From: Candidatus Sumerlaeaceae bacterium
Lineage (GTDB): Bacteria > Sumerlaeota > Sumerlaeia > Sumerlaeales > Sumerlaeaceae
Direction of reading: 5' to 3'
NCBI GenBank assembly: GCA_051003195.1
Contig: JBPCLP010000029.1
Coordinates: forward strand, 1-50,022
DNA: 50,022 nt
Within the stretch, counting starts at the first letter, position 1. Every line of letters begins with the position of its first letter. Shown piece by piece: positions 39,834 to 49,811 of the stretch. The position numbers were made by a program, and so were the translations under genes. The notes under the pieces were generated by a model, which was given only the letters and a program-made list of their open reading frames with translations, made no database searches and was not told the DNA's origin.

Positions 39834-41000
39834 CTAGTGGTGCACATCTACGGTGATGCGCTTACCCTGGCGATCGCTGATCCGCAGGTCAAACTGCTTA
39901 AAGTCGATGAGCGCGCGTTCCAGCGAAGCGTAGGCACGATCGGTATCCACATTCAGGATCGCAACATTGCCAAACCAGCTCTTCAGGTATACGCGCGTGC
40001 CAAAACTCAACTGATTCTGCAGGTAACGCGACACCAGGTGGCTTTCCTCCGGCGTGAGGTCGGTGAACATCACGGAAAACTTCGGATCGTCCACAACCAG
40101 CTTCCGCCACTGACCCCGGGTTTTGGAGATCAATTCGTTCGTAGACCATTGCACGGCGCTTCGTATCGAGTCGTCGCGAGCAGCCCCTGCATCTTTATCG
40201 CTCGAGCGCGATGTGTAATCCACCGACGCCATCACCCGTCCGTCGTCCGTCTTTATCATCTCCAAATGTACAGCCGCCTCGTAACTGCTGACCTTATCGT
40301 AATATACCTGTTCTTCCGCCACTTTCCGGGTCCCGACGCTGCCCACCAACATAACTTCGGCGCCGAGCTTTGTGGCCGCAGCACGTGCAGCCGCGAGGAA
40401 TGCCGGGCTGGCGAGCACGTCTGAATTATTGGTGGGCGACTGCACGCCACTCTCGTAAATCTTTAGCCCCTCGCTCACCAGCGTCTCGTTGATGGCACGT
40501 CGGCCAAGGTCGAAACTGCTGGCAGTGCCATCGACCGATTCCGCAAGAAAGACGTAATGGTACGGGTTCGGCTGGGCAAGGTAGAGAAATTTCTTCTGGC
40601 GCAGGTCGCGCGTCAGGACTTCGGGAAATGTCTGGATCCTGATGCGTGTGCCGAAACCGTCGCGGTCAGCGCGCCTCTCCAGCACATGGAAAGCCGCTGT
40701 AAACTTCTGCCAGTTCTTCTGGATGTAAGGATCCAGCAGATCGCGAGCCTGCAAAGCGTAATCCGAGAACAGTATTTTACCAACGCTGGCCTGCACCGCC
40801 CGGATGCAAGCCAGGCGCACCGCTTCTTCTTCGTTGGCGCCCGTCTGCTGGTATTCGAATTCGAGCAGGTCGTTGGTCTCAACGGCAACCGCGGCGTTTG
40901 CGCCGCGCGTTATCGACAGTAGGCAAACTATAGCGATCAAAGCCAGGCGCCCAATAAAGGCGATGCTCCCGCGAGCGTAACATGTCATGCAATCGTCCAC
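39834..41000 (-). CDS. Hypothetical exported protein, weakly FlgT-N/CsgG-like
   Basis: Signal peptide, EEAVRLACIRAVQASVG (FlgT-N-like) and AA.KLGAEVML.G (CsgG/TolB-N-like). Family call is tentative. Confidence 0.65.
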   Translation of the reverse strand: MDDCMTCYARGSIAFIGRLALIAIVCLLSITRGANAAVAVETNDLLEFEYQQTGANEEEAVRLACIRAVQASVGKILFSDYALQARDLLDPYIQKNWQKFTAAFHVLERRADRDGFGTRIRIQTFPEVLTRDLRQKKFLYLAQPNPYHYVFLAESVDGTASSFDLGRRAINETLVSEGLKIYESGVQSPTNNSDVLASPAFLAAARAAATKLGAEVMLVGSVGTRKVAEEQVYYDKVSSYEAAVHLEMIKTDDGRVMASVDYTSRSSDKDAGAARDDSIRSAVQWSTNELISKTRGQWRKLVVDDPKFSVMFTDLTPEESHLVSRYLQNQLSFGTRVYLKSWFGNVAILNVDTDRAYASLERALIDFKQFDLRISDRQGKRITVDVHH

Positions 41001-41127
41001 CCGAACAAGATGTCAGGCCGCAGCGGGCATAATACTTCTGCGCGTTGCGATCACCAGTACGCTTGATAAATACCTCGCGCCGGTCAAGCCTAAACCTGAA
41101 ATTCAGCGGTTCATCGGCATTTTCAAT

Positions 41128-41973
41128 TTAGGGAAGCACTGTTCCGCCGTCGCCGTTATTAAACGATACTGAGCACACAACAGGCCGGTGATCCGATGCA
41201 ACCTTCGCCGCCCCGTTCTTCAGCACTTCAAACGACTCCACCTTTAGTTCGTTGGATGCGAAGATATAGTCCAGGCAAAGGACGTCAAAGTACTTGTTAA
41301 ACGTGCCGTGCCGCCGCCGCCCGGTTACGATGCATGCATTCTCAAAATGCGGGTGCATGCCACGCGCAGATTTCACGGGCCACCAGTTGTTAAAATCCCC
41401 CATCAGCACTTTCGGTCCCTCTCCGAAACGAGGGCTATGTACGATGTCTTCACTCAGCAGCCTCTCCATCTGGTAATGGCGCTCGCGGTAGCGCAGGCCC
41501 AGGTGTACACAGAACACGTGAAGGGGCCTTCCACCGGCGTCCACAGTCACATGCAGGCATCCTCGTGGCTCCAGCGTGTTCGCGTAGGTAAGGCTAAAGT
41601 GTTCCTCGGCCAGGATGGGAAATCGTGTGAGAATTGCATTTCCAAAGGAGGCGTGGTGATGGCTGTCACGCAGGCAATGCGTTCTTACCCGCGCAAACGC
41701 CAGGTTCATTCCCAGTTTTTCAGCCAGCAAAGCAGGCTGATCGTCACGATGTGTGCGTAGCCGGAACTGCTCGATCTCCTGCAACGCCACAATTTCTGGA
41801 TTGGCAGCTTCAATCACGCGCGCAATTCGGCTTAAGTCGTATTTGCCATCCGTGCCGCGGCCATGATGAATGTTATAGGTCATCAGCCGCACGGTCTTCT
41901 TTTCAGTCGAAATGGCAGCCGGGGGGGACTTGTGACTCGAAGATGTCTGGGCGGCGTGAACGCTCATGCGCAC
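41128..41973 (-). CDS. Endonuclease/exonuclease/phosphatase family protein
   Basis: TYNIH, ALQE, GNAILT, HL, GDFN, LDYIF, SDH.P. Confidence 0.93.
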   Translation of the reverse strand: MRMSVHAAQTSSSHKSPPAAISTEKKTVRLMTYNIHHGRGTDGKYDLSRIARVIEAANPEIVALQEIEQFRLRTHRDDQPALLAEKLGMNLAFARVRTHCLRDSHHHASFGNAILTRFPILAEEHFSLTYANTLEPRGCLHVTVDAGGRPLHVFCVHLGLRYRERHYQMERLLSEDIVHSPRFGEGPKVLMGDFNNWWPVKSARGMHPHFENACIVTGRRRHGTFNKYFDVLCLDYIFASNELKVESFEVLKNGAAKVASDHRPVVCSVSFNNGDGGTVLP

Positions 41974-42033
41974 CAGGTCCTACAAGAACTAAGACTATTG
42001 ATTTCAGTAGTTGTACACATTGTACTGTCGCAA

Positions 42034-43314
42034 ATGAGCAAAACCAGTGCCGCCATTCCCACTCCCCTGAATTGGGAAGACGCGCTCGGGATCATTCTGA
42101 ACTCCACGCCCCCACCTTGCATGGTTAAAGCTTCGATCGGTGAAGCCTGCGGACGCGTCTCTGCCGCAGAAGTCACGTCCCCAATTTCGGTTCCGCCGTT
42201 CGACAACTCTTCCATGGACGGGTTCGCAGTTCTTGCAGCCGATGTAGCAGACGCTTCGCACGCCCACCCTGTATCCTTGCAGGTGGTCGGCGAAGCCCCT
42301 GCCGGCCGTCCCTTTCACCGAACGATACAATCGGGTCAGGCAGTCCAGATCATGACCGGCGCTCCTCTTCCCGCGGGTGCGGATGTAGTCGTGCGCGTCG
42401 AAGATACTAACCGTATCTCAGCTCAGGTTGTGAACATTCAGGCTGCTGTAAAAATTGGGACCGCCATTCGCCGAGCTGGGGCCGACACCCGCGCGGGAGA
42501 ACTGGTGATTCGTTCCGGTGAATTGATAACTCCCGCTCATATCGCGCTGGCCGCTTCCTGCGGTGTCGAGGCCGTACCCGTTTTCCGAGTACCAACCATT
42601 GCTTTGGCGGTCGGCGGCGATGAAGTAGTTCCTGTAGAACACGGCAGCGGGCTGCAACCAGGACAGATCTACGACAGCAACTCTCCGATGCTGCTCTCCC
42701 TATTTAAGAAGTGGGGAGTTGCGTGCGAGTTTCTCGGGCGAATGCCGGACGCCCCGTCCGCGATACTGGAATTTCTCAGGCGCGGACTTCAATTTGATGT
42801 TCTGGTGACAGTCGGCGGTGTCTCTATGGGTGAGCATGATTATATGCGACGCTGTTTATCTGAAATTGGAGCAAACGAACTCTTCTGGAAAATCAATCAG
42901 CAGCCGGGCGGACCAATGCTCTACGCGCAGGCCGGCAACACCCGCATATTTGGACTGCCGGGCAATCCTGTCTCAGCCTATGTTTGCGCAGATATTTACG
43001 TACAATCAGCCCTGCGAAAGGCGTACGGCCACTCACAGGCGGAACCGGGAAGAATCTCCGCAGAACTGGTGGAACCCTTGAAAAAGCCGCATCGCAAAGT
43101 GGCGTTCGTACGCTGCAAGCTGCGTTGGAGGGAGAATAGATTCTTCGCGCAAAGCACAGGCCCACAGGACTCCAACCGGATTCGGTCTCTCATCGAACAC
43201 GACGGCTACATCGTTTTTCCGGAAGAGAAGCAGCAGCTCGCCGCCGGTGAAGAGGTTACAATCCTGATCATCGATCAACAGGCGCTTGGTCGCGTAATGG
43301 TTCACCGTGACTGA
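42034..43314 (+). CDS. moeA: Molybdopterin molybdotransferase MoeA
   Basis: PPFDNSSMDGFAV, IMTGAPLP.GAD, GDE, IYDSN, GGVSMG..D, FGLPGNPVS. Confidence 0.93.
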   Translation: MSKTSAAIPTPLNWEDALGIILNSTPPPCMVKASIGEACGRVSAAEVTSPISVPPFDNSSMDGFAVLAADVADASHAHPVSLQVVGEAPAGRPFHRTIQSGQAVQIMTGAPLPAGADVVVRVEDTNRISAQVVNIQAAVKIGTAIRRAGADTRAGELVIRSGELITPAHIALAASCGVEAVPVFRVPTIALAVGGDEVVPVEHGSGLQPGQIYDSNSPMLLSLFKKWGVACEFLGRMPDAPSAILEFLRRGLQFDVLVTVGGVSMGEHDYMRRCLSEIGANELFWKINQQPGGPMLYAQAGNTRIFGLPGNPVSAYVCADIYVQSALRKAYGHSQAEPGRISAELVEPLKKPHRKVAFVRCKLRWRENRFFAQSTGPQDSNRIRSLIEHDGYIVFPEEKQQLAAGEEVTILIIDQQALGRVMVHRD

Positions 43315-43479
43315 CCCTCAACCTGCCGCGTGCATTGCTGCCTTCTCAGGATCGCCGACAAACTTCTGCCCAAGCCCTTCCTTAAACCAACCAGCCACTC
43401 GACACAACGCGAGTAGTTGTTGCAAACTGGTCCGGCGCATCCATCCCCTAGGGATCATTTTACCTGGAGCGGAGTCCTC

Positions 43480-44301
43480 ATGCAACATGCTCGTGTCAGC
43501 CTCATACTGCTGCTCTTCAGCCTTGCCGGAATGTCGGGAGCTTTACAGGTCGCTGCACCGTACCTGGCAAAAAGCCCTGTTCTTGACGGACGAGTCTCAC
43601 CCGCAGAACAGGCCGGCAGCGCCAGGGTCGGAATGATACTCGCAGGCGGGCTGGATAAACCGAAGCAAGTCACAAGTGCCTATATTTTCATGAACGACCA
43701 GGGGCTGTACGTCGGCTTTGTATGCGAGGAATCCGCAATGAACTCCATCGTCCAGAAAACCGTGAACGAAAACGGTGCGGTTTTCGAAGACGACTCTGTG
43801 CAGCTTTTCCTATCACCGAATCGCGAAGCAACGAAGACCAATTACACCCACTTCGCAGTGAACACTGCCGGCATCAAGTATTCCAACAATATGCAGGACG
43901 ACCGACCCGTTGAAGGCTGGCAGGCAGCCGCATCCCGCGGTACCAAATCCTGGGAGGCGGAGATGTTCATCCCGTTCAGTGCCATACGCGGGGAAACGGA
44001 TGTGCCTTACTGGCGGATGAATCTCGCTCGTGAACGTGCGGCACGTCCCGGTGAAAAAGAAGAAATTTCCGCCTGGATTAATCCCGGCGCATCGCTGCAC
44101 AACTACAAGCGGTTTGGTTTTGTGCAGTTCAAACTGCCCACGCAAACACCGACGCAACCCGGCACTATCACAGCAGCAGGCGCGAGCACTACCCCAACCG
44201 TGACCGCAATCGCTACGACAACCACCCTCGGAACTGCTGCCGCTGCACCATCGGCACCCCCCGCCCGGGTTACAACGTCGACCATTTTCTCCGTACCCTG
44301 A
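43480..44301 (+). CDS. Exported CBM9-like (DOMON-like) carbohydrate-binding protein with Thr-rich tail
   Basis: Signal peptide, P.LDG, LYVGF.C.E, DDSVQLFL, F.VN..G, WEAEM.IPF, WRMNL.R. GGAG RBS before ATG 43480. Confidence 0.8.
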   Translation: MQHARVSLILLLFSLAGMSGALQVAAPYLAKSPVLDGRVSPAEQAGSARVGMILAGGLDKPKQVTSAYIFMNDQGLYVGFVCEESAMNSIVQKTVNENGAVFEDDSVQLFLSPNREATKTNYTHFAVNTAGIKYSNNMQDDRPVEGWQAAASRGTKSWEAEMFIPFSAIRGETDVPYWRMNLARERAARPGEKEEISAWINPGASLHNYKRFGFVQFKLPTQTPTQPGTITAAGASTTPTVTAIATTTTLGTAAAAPSAPPARVTTSTIFSVP

Positions 44302-44313
44302 AGCCCGACGCTG

Positions 44314-45120
44314 TCAGGTTAGTTCTGACGGAGGAGTGTAATCAGCTTGGGTTTTGCGCGTCGGTATATTCCAGTGATTCGCAAGAGCGCGTTCTATGGC
44401 GGCTGCCTGCAGAGCATCGGAAGAAAACGCGCCGGTCTCATTAACGTTTTTGCCGATCGCGCCTTCCTGGCTCGACCGCTTGATCAATGCTGCAGCCAGC
44501 TTTTCAGCAGGCACCACCCAGACTCCCTTGTCCTCCTGCCCCACCCGAACAGTACTTCCCGCCGGGACGCAAAGCACAGGCTCAACTTGTACAGATGCTT
44601 CAGGTAATGTGTGCTTCACCAGGGCGGAGACCGCTTCTCGCTCTACCAGCGCCTGGTCAATGTCGGCAGATCGAGCCCACCCGTCCTGGTCAAGAGTCGC
44701 GGAAGCCTTTACGGAGTAAATCCCGCTGGGACCAACGATCACATGATCGACACGATGTTCTCCCGCCATCACCTGGTTAAATACGGAAAAACGATCGTCC
44801 AGCTGCGCCAGCATTTGTTCCGTCCGCTTATCCAGTTTGGCTTCTGCCGCGCTAACCACTTTTATTTTCCGAAGCGCCCGGTTCATGACAAACAATAGCA
44901 ATAGCGCTACGATTGCGGCCGTGATGGCGCCCGCCAATGTCCACCCCGGCATGACAATTTGACGCGAAAACCCATACAACGCGAGCGCCGCTACGATAAT
45001 ACCCAGCGCACTTATCCAGAAGCGACCAAGCGCACGCCGCGTGACCGGGTCGAATGCAGATGGCCTGCTACCCTCCAGGTCCGTCTCCACCGCATTCGGA
45101 AACTCGTAAATTCTTGCCAA
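44314..45120 (-). CDS. Membrane-anchored NERD (nuclease-related domain) protein
   Basis: Two TM helices followed by L..L.....VFN.V.....VDHVIVGPSGI and V.PVLC. Confidence 0.75.
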   Translation of the reverse strand: MARIYEFPNAVETDLEGSRPSAFDPVTRRALGRFWISALGIIVAALALYGFSRQIVMPGWTLAGAITAAIVALLLLFVMNRALRKIKVVSAAEAKLDKRTEQMLAQLDDRFSVFNQVMAGEHRVDHVIVGPSGIYSVKASATLDQDGWARSADIDQALVEREAVSALVKHTLPEASVQVEPVLCVPAGSTVRVGQEDKGVWVVPAEKLAAALIKRSSQEGAIGKNVNETGAFSSDALQAAAIERALANHWNIPTRKTQADYTPPSELT

Positions 45121-45185
45121 GAACTCAGCCTGCCTGCCTAGTAATTATTATATTAAATGTGAATCTTGCATTGGTCGTTACCAGC

Positions 45186-46007
45186 CTAGTGCGATTCCAC
45201 GAGATGATCTATTCGTACGAATGAATAGCCCCGTGTAATCAGCTCGTCCAGCATGCTCCCGAGGTAATCGTACAGGTGGTCGCGCGTGCGACCGGGTCCG
45301 GCCCCGATGTGCATCAGAAGCATGAAACCATTCAGACCCTCCGAATGACTACTCTCATAATCCAGCACCGATTTTACCATGTCGGGTGCACTGATAAACT
45401 TCGGATCCTTATCCTCCATATAATCGGCATGGCTGCGCGCGCCTGGCGTGTAGTTCACCAGCACAAGCCCCTCCTCCGATGTCCATTGCGCAATTTCCAG
45501 GGTGTAATGCTCGTACGGAGGAATGAAATACCGCGCCTTTTCTTTAGCGATCCCAAAGCTCGAGATCGCACTCATGTTGTCTCGCAGGTCCTTGAGGAAC
45601 TCTTCTCTGCTGATGAGTAGCCTGGGTGGGTTTTCCCACGACGCGTAAAGCGGGTGTTTGTCTGAATGCGGTCCCAGGTAATGGCCTTCGTCTCGAATCT
45701 TCTCGATCAACGGCTTGAACTTCGGCTCGCGGTAAAAGTCTCCGATGAAAAAAAACGATGCGCGGATACCCCGCGCCTTCAACTCCCGTAGAATCGTTGT
45801 TCCCCCGTCGGCAAAACTTCCACCGGTGAATTCCAACGCGATGCGCTTGCGATCCCGAGGCCCACGGACCACACACCCCCGCTCAAGTGTCACCGTTGCC
45901 CGGTCGTCCTGCATGCCTGCCTTTCCTGTGCCCGCATTGTCTGCCTTCGCATGCGAAACAAAAGCAGCGCAGGCGCACGCTGCAACCAGGAAAATGCCGC
46001 CCCTCAA
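45186..46007 (-). CDS. Exported polysaccharide deacetylase (NodB-like) family protein
   Basis: IALEFTG, ASFFF.G, GHYLGPHSD.H, YFIPPYE, LLMH.G. TTG start at 46007 overlaps the upstream stop and gives a signal peptide. Confidence 0.82.
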   Translation of the reverse strand: MRGGIFLVAACACAAFVSHAKADNAGTGKAGMQDDRATVTLERGCVVRGPRDRKRIALEFTGGSFADGGTTILRELKARGIRASFFFIGDFYREPKFKPLIEKIRDEGHYLGPHSDKHPLYASWENPPRLLISREEFLKDLRDNMSAISSFGIAKEKARYFIPPYEHYTLEIAQWTSEEGLVLVNYTPGARSHADYMEDKDPKFISAPDMVKSVLDYESSHSEGLNGFMLLMHIGAGPGRTRDHLYDYLGSMLDELITRGYSFVRIDHLVESH

Positions 46008-47050
46008 CTTTCTACCTGCGGCCGATGGCTGATCTCGCCAATCGTTACCTGCTCGCGCCACAGGAAATAGAGCCCCACTGCGACGATCGGGAAATATTGC
46101 AACCCGTGAATCAAAAGCGCGTATGCAATGGCACGGCTCGGATCGGATTCGATACCGAGAATTTTCAATCCGAAGACGATCCCAAGCTCCATCAGCCCCC
46201 AATAGCCCGGTGCCGCAGGGATGATGATGGCAATGCAGGAGATCACCACAAGCGCGGTCGCCTGTGTAATATCCATCGTCTTCATTCCCTGTATACCATA
46301 CGGCATGATCTGGAACGACCACGCGATCGTCACCCACACCAGCATCGACTGCACGAGTACAATCGCAATAATACGCCCGCTCTTGAGCGAAGCGAAGCCC
46401 TCGGCAAACGTGCCGATCATCGCTGCAATTTTTACGCGAAAGCGTCGGGGCGCGTACGGCCAGTTCTCCGCCCAAAGCTGCATACGCATCCGTGCCGCCG
46501 GCCAAAGCAGCAAAAGCGCCGCTGCCAGCATCACGAGAAAACCCTTCGTAATGTTTGCCGACATATGCTTCAGGCTCTCGCCGCTGATCGTCACCTGTTT
46601 GTATTTGAATTCAATCGACGGGTCGAACTGGATGGTCGCGAACACGTACGCCAGCAGCAGCAGAAGAGTGAGGCTGTCAAAAATGCGCTCCACGACAATC
46701 GTGGCGAACACACTGGTGTATGGCAGCTTTTCTTTTTTACCCAGTACATAAGCTCGCGCAAATTCGCCGGCTCTTGCGGGAAGCAGGCTGTTAATGGCAA
46801 AACCTACCATCATGGGCGAGAACAGCCGGCCCGTTCCAAGTTGCGCCGTGGGTGCCATCAGGTACTTCCATCGCCAGGCACGGATCCATAGACTTAGAAA
46901 GTTGATCGCCAGAAACGGTATCGCCCACCACCAGTTGAACGTGCGTACCGCGGCCCACAGCTCCGCCATCTTAACTTCCCGCATGGCGATATACAAAAAC
47001 AGCGCACTCAGCAGGACACCTATAATTAATTGAACTTTGGGATTGCGCAT
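46004..47050 (-). CDS. Lysylphosphatidylglycerol synthase TM-domain / flippase-like protein (UPF0104)
   Basis: RAWRW, N.LLPARAGEFAR, ERIFD, P.APG..G..E. Confidence 0.9.
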   Translation of the reverse strand: MRNPKVQLIIGVLLSALFLYIAMREVKMAELWAAVRTFNWWWAIPFLAINFLSLWIRAWRWKYLMAPTAQLGTGRLFSPMMVGFAINSLLPARAGEFARAYVLGKKEKLPYTSVFATIVVERIFDSLTLLLLLAYVFATIQFDPSIEFKYKQVTISGESLKHMSANITKGFLVMLAAALLLLWPAARMRMQLWAENWPYAPRRFRVKIAAMIGTFAEGFASLKSGRIIAIVLVQSMLVWVTIAWSFQIMPYGIQGMKTMDITQATALVVISCIAIIIPAAPGYWGLMELGIVFGLKILGIESDPSRAIAYALLIHGLQYFPIVAVGLYFLWREQVTIGEISHRPQVES

Positions 47051-47102
47051 AAACAGGCAGGCACGGCTAGGGGGCGGTTACATCGATGACAATACAATTA
47101 TA

Positions 47103-47200
47103 CCCAGTGTGCCGTCCCAGAAATTCATCGCTATACATCAGGAAGCTTTCGAGCTCGGACGGCACACAAAACCAGTGAACGAACTAAGGGGACACTACCC
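47103..47200. repeat. Third copy (inverted) of the ~96 bp MITE/REP-like unit
   Basis: Reverse complement closely matches 29465-29563. Inverted repeat GTGTGCCGTCC 47107-47117 / GGACGGCACAC 47157-47167. Confidence 0.88.
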
Positions 47201-47215
47201 TAAGTTGTGTTGCCC

Positions 47216-47992
47216 CTACTTACCCATGATACTGTAACCACCATCGACATACAGCGTCTGCCCGGTAACGCCACTGCCGCCGTCGCTCGCCAGGAAGACG
47301 GCCATGTGTCCAAGTTCGCCTGGTTCGCAACTGCGACCAAAAGGCGACCGGTCCTGGTAGACTTTCATCATGGTCGAAAAGTCGGCAATTCCCCGCGCGG
47401 CAAGCGTCTGCACCGGGCCCGCACTGATGGCATTCACGCGGATCCGCTTCTGCCCCAGCTCATATGCCAGGTATCGCACCGACGCCTCGAGCGAGGCCTT
47501 TGCCACCCCCATGACGTTATAATTCGGATAAACCTTTTGAGCGCCACGGAATGACATGGTCGTAATGCTGCCGCCATCCGTCATCATCGGCACCACCTCG
47601 CGCGCCAGCGCCACCAGCGAATAGGCGCTCACATCGTGCGCGACGGCAAACGCGTCCCGCGTTGTCTCAAGGAACGGCCTGTCCAGCGCCTCGCGCGGCG
47701 CAAACGCCACACTATGCAGCATCATATCGAGCTTGTCGGTCTGCGTACGCACATACTCGAAGAACGAGCGGATTTCCTCGTCACTGGTTACATCGCACGA
47801 CGCCATGGCGACATCTTCGCCAAACGCGCTGGTCAGTTCTGCAACATTTTCCTTCAGGCGTTCGCCCTGGTAGCTGAATATCAGCTTCGCGCCGGCTTCC
47901 TGCCATGCCTGCGCAATCGCCCATGCGATGCTCCGTTTGTTCGCAACACCGAACACAACTCCCGTTTTTCCCGCAAGTACCTGGTTTGCCAT
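47216..47992 (-). CDS. fabI: Enoyl-ACP reductase FabI
   Basis: GVANKRSIAWAIA, HSVAFAP, SAYSL, YNVMGVAKASLE, NAISAGP. Confidence 0.95.
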   Translation of the reverse strand: MANQVLAGKTGVVFGVANKRSIAWAIAQAWQEAGAKLIFSYQGERLKENVAELTSAFGEDVAMASCDVTSDEEIRSFFEYVRTQTDKLDMMLHSVAFAPREALDRPFLETTRDAFAVAHDVSAYSLVALAREVVPMMTDGGSITTMSFRGAQKVYPNYNVMGVAKASLEASVRYLAYELGQKRIRVNAISAGPVQTLAARGIADFSTMMKVYQDRSPFGRSCEPGELGHMAVFLASDGGSGVTGQTLYVDGGYSIMGK

Positions 47993-48080
47993 GTCCCGTA
48001 CACGAAAACGCACCCGCGGGAAGTCCAGATATTTCTATCTTCTACCCTTCATAATACCGTGTCACGACACCCTCTTTTTC

Positions 48081-49610
48081 CTATGGATCCGCCCTCTCCT
48101 CCTCCAGCAGGCGCAACATTTCGGCGACTTTCGCCGGTTGTTCGCCCGCCAGGTCCCTCTCTTCGCCCAGGTCTGTTGCCAGGTTAAACAGCTTCGTGCC
48201 CGACGTTCCGTTATCCATCGCTCGTTTAGCTGGTTGTCGCCCCACACCCGGCTGGACGAGCTTCCAGTTCTCATGACGCACGCCAAACGGCCCGTCGGTC
48301 CCGCCGTTATGCGCAATAAAGGTGGTGCGGCCTGCTGTAGAATGCGGCTTCCCAAGTAAGGCCCCGCTCACATCGCAGCTATCCGGCGCCACACCTGCCG
48401 GAACATCCAGCTCCAGCATGGATGCAAAACTCCTAAACATGTCCAGTTGCGTCACCAGTTCGCTGCACTCGCTTCCCGCCGGGATAGTTCCGGGCCAGCG
48501 CGCAAGAAAAGGCACCCGGTGCCCGCCCTCCCAAACGCTGCTCTTCCTGCCGTGCAGCACGCCATTGAAGCTATGGCTCGAAGCCACGTCATCCGCGTAG
48601 CCGTCGGCCGCAGTACCGCCATTGTCGCTCGTAAAAATAACCAGCGTATTCTGCTCCAGTTTCAAGCGCTTCAAAGTATCGAGGATGCGGCCAACGCTGT
48701 CGTCCAACTCCACGATCGCGTCCCCGCGCCTTCCGCACTGGCTTCGGCCCCGGAAGCGCGGGTGCGGCACGCGCGGTACATGGATGTTGTGGGTGGAAAA
48801 GTACAGAAAGAACGGACGCGCCTGGTTATCCTCCATGAACCGGACGGCCTGGCTGGTAATGACATCCGACATCTCCTCGTCCTTCCAGCGCGCCGCACGT
48901 CCACCGCTCATCCAGCCGATGCGCCCTATTCCGTTGATGATCGTGCCGTCATGCCCTTCCACACTTTTCATCGTCGTGAGATCCGGCCGCTCGCGCCCGG
49001 TTGGCTCCTCCCCTACCTTGTTGTTATAGCTCACTTGAATCGGATCTGCCGGGTCCAGCCCCACTACGCGATGGTTCTCCACGTAGACACACGGCACCCG
49101 GTCGCCGGTTCCGGGGATGATAAACGCGTACTCGAAACCCAGTTCCAGCGGCCCCGGCTTTATGTCACCGTTCCAATCCGCGCCATCTGGTCCGCCCAGG
49201 CCGAGATGCCATTTGCCCACAACACCCGTGGCATAGCCGGCCCGCTTCAGCATGGATGGCAGCGTCATCGAATCTGTCGTGATACTTAACGGTGCATCGC
49301 CGCGCATAATCGCCGATCCCGGTTTCTGCCTCCACGAATAAACCCCCGTCAGCAGCGCCCGTCGCGAAGGTGTGCATGTCGACGCGGCCGAATGCGCGTC
49401 TGTAAATAGGCGGCCGTCCCGTGCCAGTGCGTCCAGGCTCGGAGTCGCGACGAGCCTGGCGCCGTAACAGGAAAGATCGCCATAACCGACATCATCCGCC
49501 AGCACGAACACGATATTCGGCTTCCGCTGCGTCGCCGTGTTGGCCATCGTTGAAATCAACGCAATGCCACAGGCCATAAGCGCTGCCGCAAGTGATCTGA
49601 AGCGATCCAT
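48081..49610 (-). CDS. Exported Cys-type (formylglycine) arylsulfatase-family enzyme
   Basis: Signal peptide, PNIVFVLADD.GYGD, CTPSR.ALLTG, GKWHLG, SDNG, EGGHRVP. Confidence 0.93.
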   Translation of the reverse strand: MDRFRSLAAALMACGIALISTMANTATQRKPNIVFVLADDVGYGDLSCYGARLVATPSLDALARDGRLFTDAHSAASTCTPSRRALLTGVYSWRQKPGSAIMRGDAPLSITTDSMTLPSMLKRAGYATGVVGKWHLGLGGPDGADWNGDIKPGPLELGFEYAFIIPGTGDRVPCVYVENHRVVGLDPADPIQVSYNNKVGEEPTGRERPDLTTMKSVEGHDGTIINGIGRIGWMSGGRAARWKDEEMSDVITSQAVRFMEDNQARPFFLYFSTHNIHVPRVPHPRFRGRSQCGRRGDAIVELDDSVGRILDTLKRLKLEQNTLVIFTSDNGGTAADGYADDVASSHSFNGVLHGRKSSVWEGGHRVPFLARWPGTIPAGSECSELVTQLDMFRSFASMLELDVPAGVAPDSCDVSGALLGKPHSTAGRTTFIAHNGGTDGPFGVRHENWKLVQPGVGRQPAKRAMDNGTSGTKLFNLATDLGEERDLAGEQPAKVAEMLRLLEEERADP

Positions 49611-49811
49611 CAGCGCACATCCCGTAGCCCCTCGAGTCCACCTTGCAATCACAACACACATGTTTTTTGGGGAGGTTTCGGAACTCCACCATCGCGCCAG
49701 GTCGCAACACGCGTCTGATCTATCCAACTCCGGCGAAACGACCACGCACGCGACCAGAATTCGTACGCCGCCCTGGGAGTGCGTCACCGCGTGCCGCACC
49801 AGACAACCCGC

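Noticed and set aside
42012..42026. TGTACACATTGTAC between the EEP gene and moeA, as a LexA-like site
   Set aside because: GTAC-N5-GTAC spacing differs from the N4 box and it is a single instance.
46008..46505. Long N-terminal extension of the deacetylase ORF
   Set aside because: It overlaps the flippase-like gene in another frame; TTG 46007 gives a signal peptide.
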